DNA of 64,000 nucleotides, taken from positions 1,536,001 to 1,600,000 of the forward strand of contig CBDAOB010000004.1 in the NCBI GenBank assembly GCA_965197905.1, read 5' to 3'. This document shows positions 32,275-41,372 of the stretch, in pieces (the stretch's first letter is position 1; each line of letters starts with the position of its first letter). The position numbers were made by a program, and so were the translations under genes. Source of the DNA: Candidatus Latescibacterota bacterium. Its GTDB lineage: Bacteria; Latescibacterota; UBA2968; UBA8231. Under the pieces are notes generated by a model, which made no database searches, was not told where the DNA came from, and was given only the letters and a program-made list of their open reading frames with translations.

Positions 32275-33125
32275 ATGAATCCGACGATAAAGAAACTGTC
32301 GCCGCACATTGCGGCCGAAGTGTTCGGGGTCGACTTGCGCCATCCCATTGGAGCGGAAACCGCTGAGTTGGTGCGGGACGCGCTCTACGAACACGCCGTT
32401 CTCCTCTTCCGGGATCAGGAGATTACCGACGATCAGCACGTCGCCTTCAGCGAGATCTTCGGCGCCCTCGAAATGACCTCGCCCACCGATCCGATCGGCG
32501 ACGGGGGGCCGGTGGGTGTTATTTCCAACCTGGATCAAAAGGGAGATATCATCCCGTCGGAAGATCCGCGGGTGCTCTACCTCGTTGGCAACAGCTTGTG
32601 GCATTCGGACGGATCGTTTAAGAAGGTTCCGCTGCGCGCTTCGCTGCTGCTGGCCAAGGTGAAGGGGGCAATACCGAATTCGCCAGCCTCCGAGCCCCTT
32701 ACGAGGCCTTGTCCGTCGAAAAACAAACAACCCTGGAAGATTTGGTGGCGGTGCACAGTCTGGCCTATTCCAGGGAAAAGATCGCTCCCAACCTGGTAAG
32801 CGATGAATGGAAGAAGGAGATCCCACCGACCCCTCAGGTGATGGTGCGCACCATCCCTGAAACCGGTAAGAAAGCGCTGCTCGTCGGCTCCTACACTACT
32901 CACATCGTCGGCTGGCCCGAAGAGGAAGGCAAAGCACTGCTGAAGGAACTGTATGAGTGGTGTACCGAGCCCCAGTTTGTCTACAACCACCAATGGCGGG
33001 CCCACGATCTGTTGGTGTATGACAATCGTCTCTGCTTGCATCGGGTTCGGCCGTGGGATATGGATCGCTACAAGAGGATTCTCCATCGCACCACGATTCT
33101 TGGCGATGGACCAACGGTGCCATGA
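32275..33125 (+). pseudogene. TauD/TfdA family Fe(II)/2OG dioxygenase, frameshifted by a small deletion at about 32660
   Basis: WHSDGSF in frame 1; EGGNTEFAS, YNHQW, DNR-LHR and HRTT in a shifted frame. The usual VPP segment is missing. Confidence 0.85.
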
Positions 33126-33177
33126 CATGGCTGGCTTGCCGTAACCCGCTGAACTAACCCTGGAGTGCCCTATCCCT

Positions 33178-33902
33178 ATGAGGACCTATCCGCGTTACAG
33201 AGTGGCAGCAGCCCATATGGCGCCGGTCTTTCTGGACCTTGAGGCGACCGTCGACAAGACTTGCTCGGTGATCCGCGAGGCCGCCGAGAATGGCGCCCAG
33301 CTGGTTGTGTTTCCAGAAACCTAGAAACTGGTGTGGGCTGCGGGAGGTAGGTCGAAAGATGCACCTCTTCGCCCTGCGCTAACATGGTATACCGCGCCAG
33401 CGACATTGTGGACCTTGCCCTCGAAGGAATGGACGCCGGCGCGGAGCAGAATCGCCCGCTCCAGGTCGTCTGGACCGGAGCTGGCGGCCGTCGCCGAGGC
33501 GGCGCGACAGAGCGAGATCTTCGTTTCCCTCCAACGTCCTGATCGATGACCGCGGCGTGATTCGCTGCCATCACCGCAAGATCATGCCTGGATGGCCCAG
33601 CCAAAGAGCGCCTTGCCGTCTGCGGCCCGGAAGCTGAGCGAATACTGGAGAACAGCCCCCGGGGCATCTCGGTGGTCATCGGACCTGACGGCAACCCGGT
33701 GAGTGAGATTCTCAATGACGAGGAGGGGCTGCTTTATGCGGATATCGATCTCGCCCTGGGTGTCGAACCGAAGCAGATCCATGACGTCGTCGGGGGGTAC
33801 AACCGCTTCGACATCTTCGAGCTCAAGGTGAATCGGTCGGCGAATCGACCCATCTCCTTTGATCCGTCGCCGGCTCACGACGATAGACCGGACGGGTCCT
33901 GA
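33178..33902 (+). pseudogene. Nitrilase (carbon-nitrogen hydrolase) pseudogene, fragmented and rearranged
   Basis: [32 protein letters not shown], inverted LARYTMLAQGEEVH and AGVHSFEGK, and IGPDG..EEGLLYADID..HDVVG.YNR. Confidence 0.88.
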
Positions 33903-34033
33903 CGCGATCTTTTCCCGCTCGGGCGGTACCAAGGCCATGGGCCTGACCCGGGCCCGTCAGGAACAGTCGGGCCGATTGCGCGTTGTCATCTATTGAGGTG
34001 GGGGCGTCAAGAATGCATTCCAATGGAGGAACC

Positions 34034-34939
34034 ATGTCGATTCGACCGATCAAACAGGTGATTCAATCGGAACCGGTAGTTGAAGGGGCAGGTGTACGTT
34101 TGCGCCGGGCGTTCGGTTTTGGCAAAACCGACGACTTCGATCCATTCCTGTTGTTCGATGATTTTCGCAACGACAATCCCGACGACTACGTCGCCGGTTT
34201 CCCATGGCATCCCCACCGGGGGATCGAAACTATTACCTACGTTTTAGCCGGCACCGTGGACCATGGCGACAGCCTCGGCAACCGCGGAACCCTGGGTGCC
34301 GGGGATGTGCAGTGGATGACCGCCGGCAGCGGCATCCTGCATCAGGAGATGCCCAAAGGCAACCCCGACGGCCGCATGCATGGATTCCCGTTGTGGGCGA
34401 ACTTGCCATCGGACCTCAAGATGTCCTCACCGCGCTACCAGGACGTGTCGGCGGCGGATATCCCCGAGATCACCGATGACGACGGAACCTCGGTGCGTGT
34501 GGTGTGCGGTGAATTCTGGGGCAGGAAAGGGCCGGTGGATGGAGTCGCTGCGGAACCGCGCTATCTCGATGTTTTCGTTCCTGCGGGACGCCGGAAGACG
34601 CTGCAGGTAGAGACCTCGCGCCACGCCTTCGCTTACGTCTTTGATGGGGCAGGTTCCTTCCGTGACGCCTCCGAACCGCAGACGGTGCTCACGGAGGAGG
34701 TGAAGGCGACGGGACCCACCCTGACCGAGACCGGCAATCGATCGTTGGTACTGTTCGACTCGGGCGACGAGGTAACCGTTCAAGCCGGCGATGCCGGGAT
34801 CCGGTTCTTGCTGGTTTCGGGGCAACCGCTTGAGGAACCGGTGGCATGGCGCGGGCCGATCGTGATGAATACCCACGAGGAGCTGCGACAGGCCTACGAC
34901 GAGCTGCGCGACGGCACCTTCATAAAGAGCCAGCCATGA
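34034..34939 (+). CDS. Pirin family protein
   Basis: EGAGV, DPFLLFDDF, GFPWHPHRGIETITY, WMTAG-GI-HQE and GPIVMNT motifs. Confidence 0.95.
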   Translation: MSIRPIKQVIQSEPVVEGAGVRLRRAFGFGKTDDFDPFLLFDDFRNDNPDDYVAGFPWHPHRGIETITYVLAGTVDHGDSLGNRGTLGAGDVQWMTAGSGILHQEMPKGNPDGRMHGFPLWANLPSDLKMSSPRYQDVSAADIPEITDDDGTSVRVVCGEFWGRKGPVDGVAAEPRYLDVFVPAGRRKTLQVETSRHAFAYVFDGAGSFRDASEPQTVLTEEVKATGPTLTETGNRSLVLFDSGDEVTVQAGDAGIRFLLVSGQPLEEPVAWRGPIVMNTHEELRQAYDELRDGTFIKSQP

Positions 34940-35709
34940 TCGCGAGAAACGATTGGGAACTGCTGCTAGAACAGCGGCAAGATCTGAGCATTGCAAGTGG
35001 CAATCTGTCTGACCTGGCCGCGGCCGTGCGCCGGGGCGCCGATCTGAGGTTGTACATGACACACGAGAAGTACGAAGAGACCATGTACTTCCAGCAAACC
35101 TACGCCGGCGAGGGTGATGATTTTGCGGGCCTCATGAGTCATCACCATAGCTACGCCCACCGCGGCGAGAAGATCGACGAGCCGTATATCTGCATCTTCA
35201 AATATGACACTTCCGGTCGTTTCGACCTCATGAAGTGGAAATTTGGTGATGTCATCCTCGACGAAAGTCAGGCCTATCCCTACGGCGTGTATCGCTGGTT
35301 CGTCTGCGATCGCTGGCGCTGCGTCTACGCAAACGACGCTGAAGGCAAGCGCGTCGCCGGTGACCTCGATGAGCTCAAGGAGTGCGTGCGGCAGGGCCGC
35401 TCCGTGCGGTTGGGGGTGCGGCAGCTGTTTGGTCTGGCGGAGGAGCAGACCGATGGTCCAAGCCATACCTCGTTTCTGACGACGATGCAGCCGGTCATCA
35501 AAAACGACCATGTCCAATCCAACTGCGATCTGGTCGCCGTCGGCGCACCCAAATGGCCCTGCGAATGGTCTGATGGGCTGCACCTTGCTGCGATGTTGCC
35601 TTCAACCAGTGGCGAGATACTCTGTTTCCTGGTCGAACCGGGAAAACTGCCGTTCAAACCGACACCACGGCGGCGGGCGATGCAATGGCTGGTAGCTGAC
35701 ATCGCGTGA
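34936..35709 (+). CDS. Hypothetical protein with a two-fold internal repeat
   Basis: ATGA overlap with pirin; the pattern W...G....L..AV..G..(L/V)R occurs twice, each half ending W(F/L)V. Confidence 0.7.
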   Translation: MIARNDWELLLEQRQDLSIASGNLSDLAAAVRRGADLRLYMTHEKYEETMYFQQTYAGEGDDFAGLMSHHHSYAHRGEKIDEPYICIFKYDTSGRFDLMKWKFGDVILDESQAYPYGVYRWFVCDRWRCVYANDAEGKRVAGDLDELKECVRQGRSVRLGVRQLFGLAEEQTDGPSHTSFLTTMQPVIKNDHVQSNCDLVAVGAPKWPCEWSDGLHLAAMLPSTSGEILCFLVEPGKLPFKPTPRRRAMQWLVADIA

Positions 35710-35725
35710 GCAAGCAGATGGCGCC

Positions 35726-36151
35726 GTGTCTGAGCTGAAAACGAAACCGGGGCAGGAGAGCGTGGAGACGTTTTTGGCGAGCGTCGAGGACGGTCCGAAG
35801 CGGCGCGACTGTCTAGATTTGGCGAAAATGATGACGCAGATCACCGGTCGTGATCCGGTGATGTGGGGCGGCCGCATGGTGGGTTTCGGCAGCTACCACT
35901 ACCGGTATGATAGCGGCCGCGAAGGGGACTGGTTCGTGACCGGATTCGCCCCCCGGAAACGGGATCTGACGATCTACATCATGCCTGGATTCGACGAGCA
36001 CGGAGAGCTATTGAAAAAACTCGGCAAACACAAGAGTGGGAAATCCTGTCTGTACGTGAAGAAGCTTGCCGACGTGGATGTGAGTCTGTTGAAAACCCTG
36101 GTGGAGAAATCGGTGCGGCAGATGCACGAGATCTACGGTGACAACGAGTGA
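35726..36151 (+). CDS. DUF1801 (YdhG-like) protein
   Basis: MWG-MVGFGSYHY-Y-SGREGDW, GFAPRK and LGKHK-GKSCLY motifs. Confidence 0.9.
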   Translation: MSELKTKPGQESVETFLASVEDGPKRRDCLDLAKMMTQITGRDPVMWGGRMVGFGSYHYRYDSGREGDWFVTGFAPRKRDLTIYIMPGFDEHGELLKKLGKHKSGKSCLYVKKLADVDVSLLKTLVEKSVRQMHEIYGDNE

Positions 36152-36155
36152 CTCG

Positions 36156-36704
36156 ATGACTCCAGAGATCGAGCACGTTTGGCGGCAATACCACGAGAAA
36201 CTCGGAGCCTTTATCAGGGCCCGGGTTGGGGTTGAGGACGCGGACGATATCCTGCACGACCTGTTCCTGAAGATGCGAGCCAAGTTGCCTCAATTGGAAG
36301 ATCCAGATCACCTGCGGTCTTGGTTGTTCAGGATTGCCAGCAACGCGATCATCGATCACTACCGTTCGAAGCGCCCGACGGAAGAGCTGCCGGAGTGGCT
36401 GGCGGAACCCTTAGCGGACCCCGCGGATCGGACCAAGACCGAACTATCGGAGTGTCTGCGTCCCATGATTGAGGAGCTACCGCCGGACTATCAGGAGGCG
36501 GTCTACCTGGCCGAACTACAGGGTCGTACCCAGCGCGAGGTGGCTGCCGCCCAGGGACTGTCGTTGTCGGGGGCCAAGTCTCGCGTACAGCGGGGCCGCG
36601 CCATGCTGCAGGAGATGCTCGCCGCCTGCTGCGACCTGGAGCTCGACCGGCGTGGTCACATCCTGGATTACGAAAAAAGGAATTCCTCCTGCTCCCGTTG
36701 CTGA
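36156..36704 (+). CDS. sigZ: ECF RNA polymerase sigma factor, SigZ-like
   Basis: DADDILHD-F, SWLFRIA-N-IIDHYR, CLRPMI-LP and GAKSRVQRGR motifs; CC and CxxC tail. Confidence 0.85.
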   Translation: MTPEIEHVWRQYHEKLGAFIRARVGVEDADDILHDLFLKMRAKLPQLEDPDHLRSWLFRIASNAIIDHYRSKRPTEELPEWLAEPLADPADRTKTELSECLRPMIEELPPDYQEAVYLAELQGRTQREVAAAQGLSLSGAKSRVQRGRAMLQEMLAACCDLELDRRGHILDYEKRNSSCSRC

Positions 36705-36710
36705 TTGAGC

Positions 36711-36737
36711 TGCGTCCTTTTTGAGCTTGCTCCGTCT
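36711..36737 (+). promoter_or_regulatory. Putative ECF (SigZ) promoter upstream of arsM
   Basis: TGCGTC, T-tract and 16-bp spacer, CGTCT, lying between the sigma gene and arsM. Confidence 0.5.
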
Positions 36738-36777
36738 TAGGGATGAACCCATTCATCCCATCAGAAGGAGGTACCTC

Positions 36778-37563
36778 ATGAATGCAACCAACCACGAAGA
36801 GATCCGCAGCTCCGTGCGCAAGAGCTACGCCGAAGTGGCGGATTCGGCCGAGCAGGGCTGCGGTTCTCCGGCATCGTCCTGCTGTGGCGATCCCATTTCG
36901 ACCACCGTCGCGGAGACGGCGCTTTCCTTAGGTTATTCCGGCGAGGATCTCGCTGTTGCCCCGTCCGCATCGAATTTGGGATTGGGTTGCGGCAACCCGC
37001 AGCTGATCGCCGCCATCAGATCGGGAGAAACGGTGCTTGATCTTGGCAGCGGCGCCGGCTTCGACTGTTTTTTGGCCGCCCGTGCCGTGGGACCCACCGG
37101 CCGCGTGATCGGCGTCGATATGACGGCTGAGATGGTGAGCAAGGCCCGTAGCAATCAGGCCGCATCCGGACTGGCAAATGTAGAGTTTCGTTTGGGTGAG
37201 ATTGAACATCTGCCGGTGCCTGATAATTTTGTGGATCTGATTATCTCCAACTGTGTCATAAACCTGTCGCCGGAGAAGGAACAGGTATTCAAAGATGCCT
37301 TCCGCGTCCTGCGGGCCGGAGGACGGCTAGCCATTTCCGACATGGTCGCTCATGTCGATATTCAAGAGGAGATTCGCCAAGACGCGGCTCTTTACAGCGG
37401 TTGTGTAGCCGGCGCCGTTACGGCCCGGGAGATCGAGCACAGCCTGCGGCGCGTGGGGTTCGAGCAGGTTCAGATCGGCGCCAGAGCGGGGGACGAAGAC
37501 AACGATACTCCGGTCTATGCCGCTCTGATCCAGGCGACCAAACCAAAGCAGACCCCGGTCTAG
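36778..37563 (+). CDS. arsM: Arsenite S-adenosylmethyltransferase
   Basis: SSCCG, LGYS, NLGLGCGNP, LDLGSGAGFD, ISNCVINLSP and GCVAGA motifs; AGGAGG SD. Confidence 0.9.
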   Translation: MNATNHEEIRSSVRKSYAEVADSAEQGCGSPASSCCGDPISTTVAETALSLGYSGEDLAVAPSASNLGLGCGNPQLIAAIRSGETVLDLGSGAGFDCFLAARAVGPTGRVIGVDMTAEMVSKARSNQAASGLANVEFRLGEIEHLPVPDNFVDLIISNCVINLSPEKEQVFKDAFRVLRAGGRLAISDMVAHVDIQEEIRQDAALYSGCVAGAVTAREIEHSLRRVGFEQVQIGARAGDEDNDTPVYAALIQATKPKQTPV

Positions 37564-37633
37564 TTTGTTGCGCCCCCCGGCACACAGCGCACAAGGACGT
37601 CATGGGGCAGAAGCGAGTCGAAGCGAGGTAACC

Positions 37634-38764
37634 GTGGGGGACCCACTTAGAGATATAGACACGCCAGCGGTTTTGCTGGATCTGGAAAAGCTGGAATCGA
37701 ACTTGGCCAACATGCAGCGCCGCGCCGACGATCATGGCGTGACGCTGCGCCCCCATGCCAAGACCCACAAGTCGATCGAGATCGGCCGCCGGCAGTTGGC
37801 CCTCGGGGCCGTCGGCCTGACTGTGGCCACGGTTGACGAAGCGCTGGTGTTCCTGCGGGGGGGTGTCGACTCGATCACCCTGTCGCGGCCGATCGTGTCG
37901 GCCGGCGCCTACAGACGGCTCTTCTCGGAAGAGGGCGCCACGACGGCGAATCTGAGAATCGTCGTAGACTCAGAGGCAGGGGTCGATACCGCTTCGCAGT
38001 GTGCGGTCGATGCTGGCCGTACCCTGGGCGTGTTCATAAAGATCGACGTGGGTCTGCGGCGGTGTGGTGTGGATCCGTCAAGCCCGGCTGCGCTGCAGTT
38101 AGCACGCCTGATCGGCCAACGCCAGGGCCTTGAATTTCGCGGCATTCTTTCCCACGCCGGTCAGGTTTACGCCGTGGACTCGCCAGCGAAAGCGACGGAG
38201 ATCGCCGAAACGGAGCGCGCGCTGATGATGGGGGTGCGCGACACCCTTCTCGACGCGGGCATCGCGGTCCCGGAGGTATCGGTCGGGTCGACGCCAACGG
38301 TATTGGCGGCCGCAAGTCTCAAAGGGGTCACGGAGATCCGGCCGGGCAACTACACCTTCTTGGATCTGCTGCCGGTCAAGGTGGGCGTCGTTGGCGAAAC
38401 GGACGTGGCCTTGACCGTCTTGGCGACGATCATCAGCAAAAACGACGAATTTTTCGTCACCGACGCCGGCTCGAAGACCCTCACATCGGACACCGGCGGC
38501 CACAGCATCGCCAGTGCGGATGGTTTTGGGGCTGCCTACCCATGGGACCGTTTCCTGGACCGGGCCCACCGGCTCACCGTAGCCGGGTTGTCGGAAGAGC
38601 ACGGCAAGCTGGCGCGGTCAGGCTTCGATCTGCCGGTGGGATCGAAGGTTCGGATTATCCCTAACCACTCCTGTCCCGTTGCCAACCTCGGCCGCAGTTA
38701 CACCGTTCTCGACGGCGACCGGGTCGAGGTATGGCCCGTGGACGCTGCGGGTTGTTCCAAATAG
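37634..38764 (+). CDS. PLP fold-type III enzyme (D-threonine aldolase/D-serine dehydratase DSD1 family)
   Basis: DTPAVLLD, RPHAKTHK, RCGV, GSTPT, EIRPGNY, DAGSK, SEEHG and PNHSC motifs. Confidence 0.9.
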   Translation: MGDPLRDIDTPAVLLDLEKLESNLANMQRRADDHGVTLRPHAKTHKSIEIGRRQLALGAVGLTVATVDEALVFLRGGVDSITLSRPIVSAGAYRRLFSEEGATTANLRIVVDSEAGVDTASQCAVDAGRTLGVFIKIDVGLRRCGVDPSSPAALQLARLIGQRQGLEFRGILSHAGQVYAVDSPAKATEIAETERALMMGVRDTLLDAGIAVPEVSVGSTPTVLAAASLKGVTEIRPGNYTFLDLLPVKVGVVGETDVALTVLATIISKNDEFFVTDAGSKTLTSDTGGHSIASADGFGAAYPWDRFLDRAHRLTVAGLSEEHGKLARSGFDLPVGSKVRIIPNHSCPVANLGRSYTVLDGDRVEVWPVDAAGCSK

Positions 38765-38801
38765 CGTCTCGCCACAGATTCGCAAGACCACCGGAACGAC
38801 G

Positions 38802-39554
38802 ATGATTCCCTACGACCAGATCGACACCCTTTTCTTGGACGTTGGCAATACCCTGATTTCCATCGACTTCGAGCGCGTTGCGGGGGAATTGGGGCAGCGC
38901 GGCGTACCCAGCACCGCGGAAGCTATCTATCGAGCCGAGGCGGCGGCGCGCCCTCATCTTTCGGAGATCTTCTCCGAAGGACCCACCACCGAGGGTCTCG
39001 ATCCGTTCGAGACCTTGTTGCTGGGTATTTTTTCTTGGCTCAAAGAGGTGCCGGACGGCGCCCGAGCGGCGCAACTTGCGGCCGAGCTAGGTCCGGTTTT
39101 GCTGACTCCTGGTCGCTCTGATCTGCTTTGGTGCACGGTGATGCCGGGCGTAGTTGAGGCGTTGCAAAGCTTCACGGATTGCAGGTTGAAGCTGGTGGTC
39201 GTCAGCAACTCCGACGGCACCGTCGAACAGAACCTGAAGGATCGCGGACTTGATATCTATTTCTCCCATATCATCGACTCGCACGTGGTTGGGATCGAGA
39301 AACCGGATCCGGGCATCTTCGAATACGCCCTTGAGATTGCGGACGCCGATAGCGCGTCGACTGTGCACGTCGGCGATATGTATTTTGCCGACATTGAAGG
39401 CGCCCGCCGGGCTGGACTCGATGCCATTCTCCTGGATCCGTTTGACGATTGGCACGACACAGATTGTAGGAAATCCCCTGACTTGAACAGCTTGGCGAAA
39501 TCCATTCGCGACGCCAGGTCCAGCGGCGACGCACAAGGCTCGAACGACCGATGA
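38802..39554 (+). CDS. HAD family hydrolase
   Basis: DVGNTL, VVSNSD, KPDPGIF and HVGD-ADI-GA motifs. Confidence 0.9.
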   Translation: MIPYDQIDTLFLDVGNTLISIDFERVAGELGQRGVPSTAEAIYRAEAAARPHLSEIFSEGPTTEGLDPFETLLLGIFSWLKEVPDGARAAQLAAELGPVLLTPGRSDLLWCTVMPGVVEALQSFTDCRLKLVVVSNSDGTVEQNLKDRGLDIYFSHIIDSHVVGIEKPDPGIFEYALEIADADSASTVHVGDMYFADIEGARRAGLDAILLDPFDDWHDTDCRKSPDLNSLAKSIRDARSSGDAQGSNDR

Positions 39555-39600
39555 ACCAGAGACGTCAAGCTCCTCGATACCCCTGCATCGGTGTGACCGC

Positions 39601-40305
39601 ATGAGCTGGGAGCAACTCCAATCGCTTCAGCGGGAAGCCAGACATTCCACTTTTTCGAGTGTACTGGTTGCCGCGGTGGCCATTCTTGCCTGCTCCATTT
39701 GCGACTCCCATGGAGCAGGCGGCGCTCCCAAGAAGACGGTCAAGGAACCCACGGCGGAACGGGCCATCGAGGATTACAACAGAGGTCTCAAACACCGGGA
39801 CAAGGCGTGGAAGTACGAAGAAAAGGCGGCAGCGGCCGGGAAGGAAAAGGACCGCTCGAAGAATCTGAAGAAAGCCCGCCGAGAGTATCAGAAAGCAGCC
39901 GGAAAGTTCGAGGCCGCCGTCGACAAGGATGCCCGCTTCCATGAAGCGTTCAGCAGCCTCGGGTATGCCCGACGCAAACTCGGCATGTACCAGGGTGCCC
40001 TGTCGGCCTACGACACCGCGTTGAACCTCGCCCCAGACTATGCCGAAGCCGTTGAGTACCGAGCCGAAGCGTATCTATCTCTGAATCGAATACCGGAAGC
40101 ACAGCGGGCTTACTATAAGCTTGTCGGGCTTGACGACGACGGTGCGGCCAAGCTCCTGTCGGCGTTTTCCGGCTGGGCAGCCGAACGTCGCGCAACGCCG
40201 GTGGCAACGGTGACGGAGGAACAGCTGGAAAGCGTCGAGTATTGGATCGCACAAAAGCGGTCGACCGCTCCCTCCCACGACATCGATTCTCAGAGCGAGT
40301 GGTAG
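39601..40305 (+). CDS. Secreted TPR protein
   Basis: Signal-like hydrophobic stretch; TPRs (EAFSSLGYA-RKLG, APDYAEAVEYRAEAY). Confidence 0.75.
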   Translation: MSWEQLQSLQREARHSTFSSVLVAAVAILACSICDSHGAGGAPKKTVKEPTAERAIEDYNRGLKHRDKAWKYEEKAAAAGKEKDRSKNLKKARREYQKAAGKFEAAVDKDARFHEAFSSLGYARRKLGMYQGALSAYDTALNLAPDYAEAVEYRAEAYLSLNRIPEAQRAYYKLVGLDDDGAAKLLSAFSGWAAERRATPVATVTEEQLESVEYWIAQKRSTAPSHDIDSQSEW

Positions 40306-40356
40306 CTGCCCGGCCAGCAGCTCACCGGCATTCAACCGATGTGGTGCTTGGGGCTT

Positions 40357-41151
40357 CTAGTCCCAGACGACGATCTCGATTCTGCGGTTCAGCGCTTTGT
40401 TTTCAGGGGTGTCGTTTTCCGTGATCGGGTGCTCCTCACCGTAGCCATTAGCGTCGATCATGCGCTCGGTGATGAAGTCGTAGGTCCCGATGAGGTACTG
40501 GCGCACCATGTTTGCCCGATCCTCCGACAATTGTTTGTTGTAGTTAGCTGGCCCGTCGTTGTCGGTGTGCCCCTCCACCACCAGCTTGCCAGGTGAGAAC
40601 AACCGCACAAACTCCGCAACCTTGGCGAATTCCTCGGCGGCCCCCGCCTTCAGACCCGATTTGCCGGGATCGAAGAGAACGCTGGAATCAATGATCAGTT
40701 TGGGAACCACGATATCCCCCTTCAGTACTGTGCGGTATTTGATGAGGGGGTTTCCCATGGCCTGCGGATGCAGCGTAAAGACCCCGCTGGCCGAACCTGT
40801 CTGCGAAACCTCGATCCTCATCGTCCCTACCTGTACGCGCACGGCCGGTCCCTGGCTGCCCATGGGGTAGACCTCGCGGTACACGTTGAGTTCGTCGCCT
40901 CGATGAATGGAGGCTTCTCGACCCCTATCGATGTAGCAAGAACGTTTGCTGGCAACGTCTTCGGGCAGGTCGCCGGGATTATGTTTGTTCAGCACCAACA
41001 TCACACGGGGTGGGTTAAATTGAGACTGGGCTACGGCTGAAGTCAGCACCACCAGTCCTGCCGCGAGGGCGAACATCTTCGCGGTCAAGCGGCGATGGGT
41101 AGAGGGCATTTCGACCTGCTTTCGCAAAAAACGTCGGCCGCACAACCCCAA
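40357..41151 (-). CDS. Secreted OmpA-like protein with N-terminal small beta-barrel domain (start uncertain)
   Basis: LFD-GKS-L, EGHTD, LS-RA, GYGE-HPI and NRRIEI motifs. Confidence 0.88.
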   Translation of the reverse strand: MGLCGRRFLRKQVEMPSTHRRLTAKMFALAAGLVVLTSAVAQSQFNPPRVMLVLNKHNPGDLPEDVASKRSCYIDRGREASIHRGDELNVYREVYPMGSQGPAVRVQVGTMRIEVSQTGSASGVFTLHPQAMGNPLIKYRTVLKGDIVVPKLIIDSSVLFDPGKSGLKAGAAEEFAKVAEFVRLFSPGKLVVEGHTDNDGPANYNKQLSEDRANMVRQYLIGTYDFITERMIDANGYGEEHPITENDTPENKALNRRIEIVVWD

Positions 41152-41372
41152 ACAGACTCCTTCTGGAAGTGCCGCGGCTCACCCAAGGTGCATCCACCTT
41201 GAGCCTTTTTTTGTGTCCTCGATCACATTCCCAAAAAGGGAACAGGCGACGGGGCCATATGGCCAGGTGTGCGCGGTTCTAGGAATTCGTATATTCCGCC
41301 CGACTTGGGCGCAATCGCCGCACTCCGAAACCCCTTCGCTGTTAAGAATGAAACGTAGCGGATGAACGCAAC

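Noticed and set aside
33322..33324. TAG read-through (pyrrolysine) in the nitrilase
   Set aside because: The TAG is created by a fragment junction, and the sequence after it comes from a different part of the gene.
33903..34000. Possible further gene remnant (DAIFSRSGGTKAMGL...)
   Set aside because: Too short to assign to any family with support.
34380..34400. Pirin GFPLW instead of the usual GFQLW
   Set aside because: It is a single substitution and the metal-binding His/Glu residues are intact, so it is not enough to claim altered function.
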